A stretch of 61,986 nt of DNA, filler included, from Globobulimina sp. (taxonomy: Eukaryota): the NCBI GenBank assembly GCA_003354225.1. It is 20 parts of 20 records of this genome, joined end to end, with 100 filler letters (N's around TTAATTAATTAA, not from the genome) between each part and the next. Parts side by side here need not be neighbours in the genome. Positions count along the whole stretch, not along the records: positions 55,883 to 58,884 come from PIVH01004067.1; positions 58,985 to 61,986 come from PIVH01004068.1; 18 more parts are not named here. One strand, written 5' to 3'. The notes below the pieces were generated by a model, which saw nothing but the letters and a program-made list of their open reading frames with translations, ran no database searches and was not told where the DNA came from. Every line of letters begins with the position of its first letter. Positions within the stretch are counted from its first letter, which is position 1. Shown here piece after piece: positions 56,275-61,986 of the stretch. The translations under genes and the position numbers were made by a program.

Positions 56275-58884
56275 ATGTCGTCTGCTAATTCTAAAATAGC
56301 GAGAGAAGACAAATACAGATTTACACTAAAACAGCGACATGAAATCATAATCGCCACAATGGCAGAATTCAATAAAGGCACACGAGCCTTCAAAGGCCGA
56401 TGGACAGAGAGCAGCGGAGAATATTTAACATCAGAGATATTATTAGAAACTCCAATGTTTTGGTTCATGAAATATAAATGGTCGCGCTCTGAAATTGAGA
56501 CCTTATTTTTTAAAGCGCACATCGTCATTGATGAGAAATTCGACTCTGCCTTAAAACAGACATTTGGCGGCGACGTAGGGCCGCGCTGGAAAGGCATAAA
56601 TGAGAGCATCCAAAACAATGATGATTGGAAACATAACAAAACAAAACAGCGCAAAAAACTGGAAAAATCAAAGGATTCGTTAAAATCTGTCCAGATTCTC
56701 TCACAATTAAAACCTATCACTGGTACGTATTTTGAATTGTTTTTCTTTGCCTGATCGTGGATTATTACACTGCCAAATTGTTATTTACAGATTATGCAAA
56801 ATGGAGGCAACCCACAGATGATAGCAGTCAAATCTTTGTACAATGCCCAGATGGAAATGTATTACAATTAGACGTCAATTTAATTGAACCATTGCATTAT
56901 GTCAAGAAGCAAATTGTCGTTAAGACAAACAGCAAATATTCAGAGTTAAACATAATACTATTTTATAATGACAACGAGCTGTTGAACAATATCGCGACAT
57001 TGGAAAGTTACGGTATTAACAAAGGAGTCACTTTGAAACTATCCATGGGTTCAATTACAATCAATATCCAACAAAGCGATGGTATGTTTTCTTCAAAATG
57101 TGCCAAGCCCAAAAAAAATCCATTTTATATATGTCGAATGTTGTGTTTTGAACAGGCGCCGTCCTTCAGATCATCGTAGATAAATGTTCATCGGTTACAG
57201 CTCTAAAAAACAAAATGGAGCGTATTATATATCCAGCAATACCAGCACAGGAACAGCAATTATATCACACTGAAAACAGGACATTGCAAAACGAAATGAA
57301 ACAAAATGATAAATTGTTGTTTGAATGTGATATAAATGACGGAGATTTTTTATATTTAGGTGCCGCAGCAAGATGGCATATGCCAATGGGAGCAGATGTG
57401 TATGGAGTATTTGTTGAATGTCCTGATGGGAACACATTGGCGTTGCATGTGGTGAGTAAAGATGTTATCAGTTATATTAAATTGCAGATTCATGCCATAA
57501 CCAATGGTTTGTATGGCGTTAATGATCAGAGATTACGTTTTCAGAGAAACGAATTGAAGAATGAGCAACGTTTAAGCGATTATAAGATTGTTAAAAATGA
57601 TATATTGCAGTTGTCCACAGGCGACATATCATTGTTTGTGCAAACGCGTGAAGGATATCTCATGAATCTGAGGGTTGATTCGCATGATTTGGTGGGTGAC
57701 ATTAAACGCATAATTCAGGGTAAAACGGGCGGTGTCGATGGTGATTATTCTGTGGAAGATCAGAGACTGTTTAACAAAGTAAATGATGAGGAGTTGATTG
57801 ATGACAATAACACATTGTTCCAGTATCGCATTGTTGATAAATGTAAGTTATATTTGGCTGGAACGATAATGATAAATATTAGAAATGGGGCCGATTATGG
57901 AATGTTAATTAACTTTGAGATTGATCCAAAATATGAGACACAAAAAATAAAACAAATTATAGCGACGAAGTGCCATATTCCAGTGGTTCAACAAACATTA
58001 TTTCTGAATGATATGCAATTAAATGATACTAAAAAGTTAATTGCGTATGATATTAAAAAAAATGATATCATCGACTTGAGAGTAACGAGAGAAACATGTA
58101 TGATATTTATAGAGAGTGCGGGTGGGACACGAATAAAATTAGAAATACCCCCAAAGGATAATATATTATCTATTAAAAGAATGATTGCGCGGAATTCGAA
58201 TATTAATGTTCCTGCTCGGCAGCAAATTTTATATTTTAAAAATTTTGAGCTGAATGACGGTACGCCGTTGGATCGGTACAATATTGCACAAAATGCTGTG
58301 ATTGAATTAAAAATAGCATATAAGATATTTATACAACGGACAGATGGGTCGCGAATGCAGTTAAATGTATGTCCAAATGACGAAATATTATCTATTAAAA
58401 AACAGATAGAAAATATCTCCACGCCCTTTATTTCCGTGATGCAGCAAATATTAATATTCAATGACAATGTATTGGACGATGCGAAGATAATTAACCAATA
58501 TAAGATTATTGGAAACAGTGTGATTGTATTAAATACACATTCAAAGCCTAAGAAATTAAAAAAAAGCAAAAAACATAAAGGTAAAAAAAAACTAAAACCG
58601 AAAAAGAAAAAACGAAAAAAAACAGTGAGAATCGCAAAAGCATCTGTCACTGCTCCCAATCTGTCAAATTTAGTTCGACGTTCGTTTTCAGCCAAAAATC
58701 TAAGCTCAGCCTTTGATTATGAACAATTATTCGGCAATGATCAAAATGGAGACTTAATTGTTGGCGCAATCACTTCCAAAAAACACGCACCAAAAAGCAA
58801 ACCATCGTATAATAATAATATGAAACCGCCGCGATCGCAGATGAAACATCGCAAATCCTTTTCTGCTAAAAATATGAATGAGAT
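56275..58884 (+). CDS. Protein with seven tandem divergent ubiquitin-like domains (introns 56723-56790, 57082-57155; 3'-partial)
   Basis: Repeated IFV...DG...L.V...D.I..IK..I......QQ.L.F....L.D...L..Y.I.....L.L units, followed by a Lys-rich region. Confidence 0.88.
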
Positions 58885-58984
58885 NNNNNNNNNNNNNNNN
58901 NNNNNNNNNNNNNNNNNNNNNNNNNNNNTTAATTAATTAANNNNNNNNNNNNNNNNNNNNNNNNNNNNNNNNNNNNNNNNNNNN

Positions 58985-60882
58985 CAATGCGATCTCATTC
59001 TTTTTTTTAATCGCAATCATCAGCGACGTATCATATTTATATTGAAAATTTAAATCCGCGCCGGACCGAATTAATTCCAACACGCGGGCACCGCTAAAAT
59101 CTGACGATGGTTTCTTGATTTCTAACATTAATTCAATCGCTAATTTCCTCCGCTTCTCATAGCTGATATAACAGCCAATTCTGCCGCGACCATTGCATTT
59201 TGCCAAACGACAGGCTTGGCGGCATTCATTTATCCACGACGATATAGACACGTTATTGTTGTTAGTGGCTTTGCTTTTGCCTTTATTGAACATGGAGATG
59301 CCCGCACATAATGTGACCGGGCCCAATTTCTGCGTAGCTACGTTTGACGAGACCTTATTTAATACCTTCTTTATAATCCTCCGTAGCTCAGACTCGTTGG
59401 CTACGCTCGCGAGTATAGCAAACTCACCAAACCCAAAATGTGTGGCATTGATCTCTTTGGAGATACTCATCAACAAAATATCCTGCACCACGCCAACCAC
59501 ACTCTCCCCCTTCTTGCTGCCACTCCAAAATAATAAGTATGGATCCATGTTCGTTGCGCCTACAGCCAAATAATTGCCTTCTTTGTCATTGGAATGCTCA
59601 TTCTCTTCTTTTTTCTGTTCATTGTATTCTTGCAGCTCTTCCACCTCTTTTTGCCGTAATAACAGCGACGATTTCCTGCGTTGTTTGTTAATGGCAGCGG
59701 TGCGTTCTGCCGCAGATTTTGGCTCTGCTTTGATTTTAGATAAACCATATTCGTCATCATCGTCTTCCTCGTCGCTGCTATCCATGTCATTGTTAGCTTG
59801 GGCTTTTTTGATCTGTGCCATGGATTTCGTAGATAGTAAGTCTTCATCATCGATATATTTCATCTCATGGTCGTCTTCTTTGTTGCTCGAGGATATGATG
59901 AGATTTTCAGTGGATAGCGGCGAGGCAGACATTGAGTCATCTTCTTCTTCCTCGTCCTCCTCCTCTTCATCTTCATCGTCGTCCTGATGGTCCTCCTCGT
60001 CGTTGTCATCTATTTTTTGCTGTGGCGGCAATGATCGATGTTTCTTGTGCGTTTTTTTCAATCTTTTGGTCTTTGCTTTGGTGGAGGCAGAGGGCGAATT
60101 GATGGCTGCGGGACTTTTCTTTTTTACGTTTGGGTTTTGTTTTTGTAATGGACTTTGAATGTGTCCTCGTAAATTGTCAATATCTAAAATGGCGAGACCG
60201 AAACGCGAGATATTTTTGGTTGATTCAGACTCCATTTCTGTAATCTGTGTGGATGCAAGCCGGTATATGCGAATTTGCGATGTAATATAGGCGGTTTGTT
60301 GTAGATATATATAAGATATTTAACTCTGTATAACAGATTTACAAATGATTCAGGCGGATAAAAATTCGATGGTAATTTGTTGGCATTATTTGGTGATTGG
60401 GGCTGATGATTGGTACTAGTTTTGGGTGAATTTGCGTTTATATCATTAATATAGGACTCTCTGCCAATTAACAAAGACCTTTTTCTTCTTTTTTGATATT
60501 TTGTGGATGAAGCTATAGTAACACTTATTTTTGGTGAATGGTTTGAGAGTGCGCGCGAATGTGTGGGTGTGATTGTATGGGTATTGTCCATTGCCATTGA
60601 ATGTGAATGTGAGTGTGATGAATGTGACTGTCGCATATTTCTATCAATAGAGGCCCTCCGCGCAGATTGATATTTTCTTGCACCCGATGCTGATTTCGCA
60701 TTATTATCAATTGTTGAGACAGTCGATGCGCGATATGAACGAGCCGACGAATGCGTAGATGATTTATCAATGCCTGTAAATCCATTCATGGTTTGTTTCA
60801 TTGAGGATTGGAAATTTTTGCCCATTGAGCGGAACTTATTTCCCCATTGCTGGTTTCGATTTTGTTGTTGATTGTTTGCCAT
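58985..60882 (-). CDS. Degenerate GGDEF-domain plus ankyrin-repeat protein (intron ending at 60245; 3'-partial)
   Basis: FGLAILDIDNL ... HFGFGEFAIL ... VTLCAGIS ... ACRLAKCNGRGR, then LIRSGADLN...TSLMIAI. Confidence 0.75.
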
Positions 60883-61026
60883 GGTTTGAAAAAAAGAGTT
60901 TTTTGTTTTAGTTGAAGGATATCAGTGTGTTTTTTAGTTTAGAAAAAAAACCATACGCAAAAACAGTGTTATATGCTATATAATATAATTCTATTACTTT
61001 CTATACTAACTAAAAATAACAGTTGT

Positions 61027-61530
61027 TTAATCATCAAAAAAGAAACCAATTTCCCTCTGAGCAGAATCATAGGAATCAGATCCATGAACAGCATTCTGAG
61101 TGATATTTGTTCCATAAACAGATCTGAGTGATTTGGGTGACTCTCTTTTCGCATCCTTGGGATTTGTTGCTCCCATAATATCTCTCCATGATTTCACTGC
61201 ATTTTGGCTTTCTAACATCAGTGCCCATAATGGTCCTGATATATTATTAAATATATGTATGAATGAATGATGTGTAATAAATTTCTATCAATTTCTAAAA
61301 AATTAAACAAAATCTATTTTCTACCTGAAGTGATATGGCTTATTAGTTCCTGAAAGAATGGTTTTCCTTTATGTTCGCAATAAAATAAAGAGGCCTGTTC
61401 CTGTGTCAACGTAATTCGTCGCGATTTAATGATTTCAAATCCGTTATCCAATATTTCTTTCATTATTTCATCAGAGTGACTAAACGCGTCTGGTTTTATG
61501 AATGCAAAAGTACGTTCAACATCACCATCA
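61027..61530 (-). CDS. Nucleoside diphosphate kinase domain (intron 61236-61324; 5' exons unresolved)
   Basis: ERTFAFIKPDA, FY.EHKGKPFF, TS|GP, SLRSVYGT, NAVHGSDS and AQREIGFFF motifs. Confidence 0.92.
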
Positions 61531-61986
61531 CTTTTGTTTTTTTCTATATTTTATCATATTAGATTTGGATAGATCTTGTTTTAACTTTTGTTCCTTTTTT
61601 TTGTTATAGAGGTAATATATTGTTACTGCACCAACCACAGCAGCAGTGACAACAGCTCCAACGACCAATTTATTTTTCTTAAGTTCGTCCATCAATGACC
61701 CAGGCGGATCTTTATTAGCTGCAATGGTGTCGGCTAGTGTTTCGACGTAAACTGGGATAAAAACTTAGAATAAAAATAAAACGTTTTTTAACAGCTGGTT
61801 TTAACGTTTACTTTTTTGTCAAACAGATTGAGCACATTATTATAATAAATTGATATTATTTGGGTGTGGATGCATTTTCCTTTGCTTTCTATACCTTTAC
61901 GCCAGCATTATAGACCCGCGATCTATTAACTTCTATAACATTCACTTGTTGTCTTGTAAAATCAATGACACTTAGCAAAACCCCAA

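Noticed and set aside
3008-58984. Regularly spaced TTAATTAATTAA repeats every ~3.1 kb
   Set aside because: They are embedded in N runs and are an artificial all-frame-stop linker, not a CRISPR array or biological repeat.
1-61986. Functional clustering across contigs (e.g. Polinton next to the deiodinase)
   Set aside because: The contigs are size-sorted and unrelated, so adjacency across spacers is meaningless.
1-61986. tRNA, rRNA or CRISPR arrays
   Set aside because: None recognisable by eye; tRNAscan-SE or Infernal would be needed to exclude divergent ones.

Overview
This window is not one locus. It is 20 unrelated, size-sorted contigs (3007 down to 3002 bp) joined by 100-bp artificial spacers (N44-TTAATTAATTAA-N44), so gene neighbourhoods are only meaningful within a contig. 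Nineteen contigs look like nuclear DNA of an AT-rich, gene-dense protist with short GT-AG introns. Gene style suggests a foraminiferan/rhizarian amplified single-cell assembly, but this is inference. Recognisable genes include XRN2, a DEAH helicase, TDO, calreticulin, CTF8, SmD3, a Deg/HtrA protease, a GH47 mannosidase, NDK, a nitronate monooxygenase, an MFS transporter and a KH protein, plus several frameshifted genes. Three contig ends are chimeric with bacterial DNA. Contig 1 (1-3007) is different: it is part of a Polinton/Maverick (adintovirus-like) virion module with a major capsid C-terminus, adenain-type protease, packaging ATPase, accessory ORF and a terminal-protein-like gene. Three of these genes are interrupted by 52-61 nt spliceosomal introns, one of which splits the ATPase Walker A motif. 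Other highlights are a UGA-selenocysteine iodothyronine-deiodinase-like gene with a candidate atypical SECIS, a eukaryotic degenerate GGDEF-ankyrin protein, a plant-style PLS-E1 PPR protein, a seven-UBL protein and several foldback/MITE-like elements.
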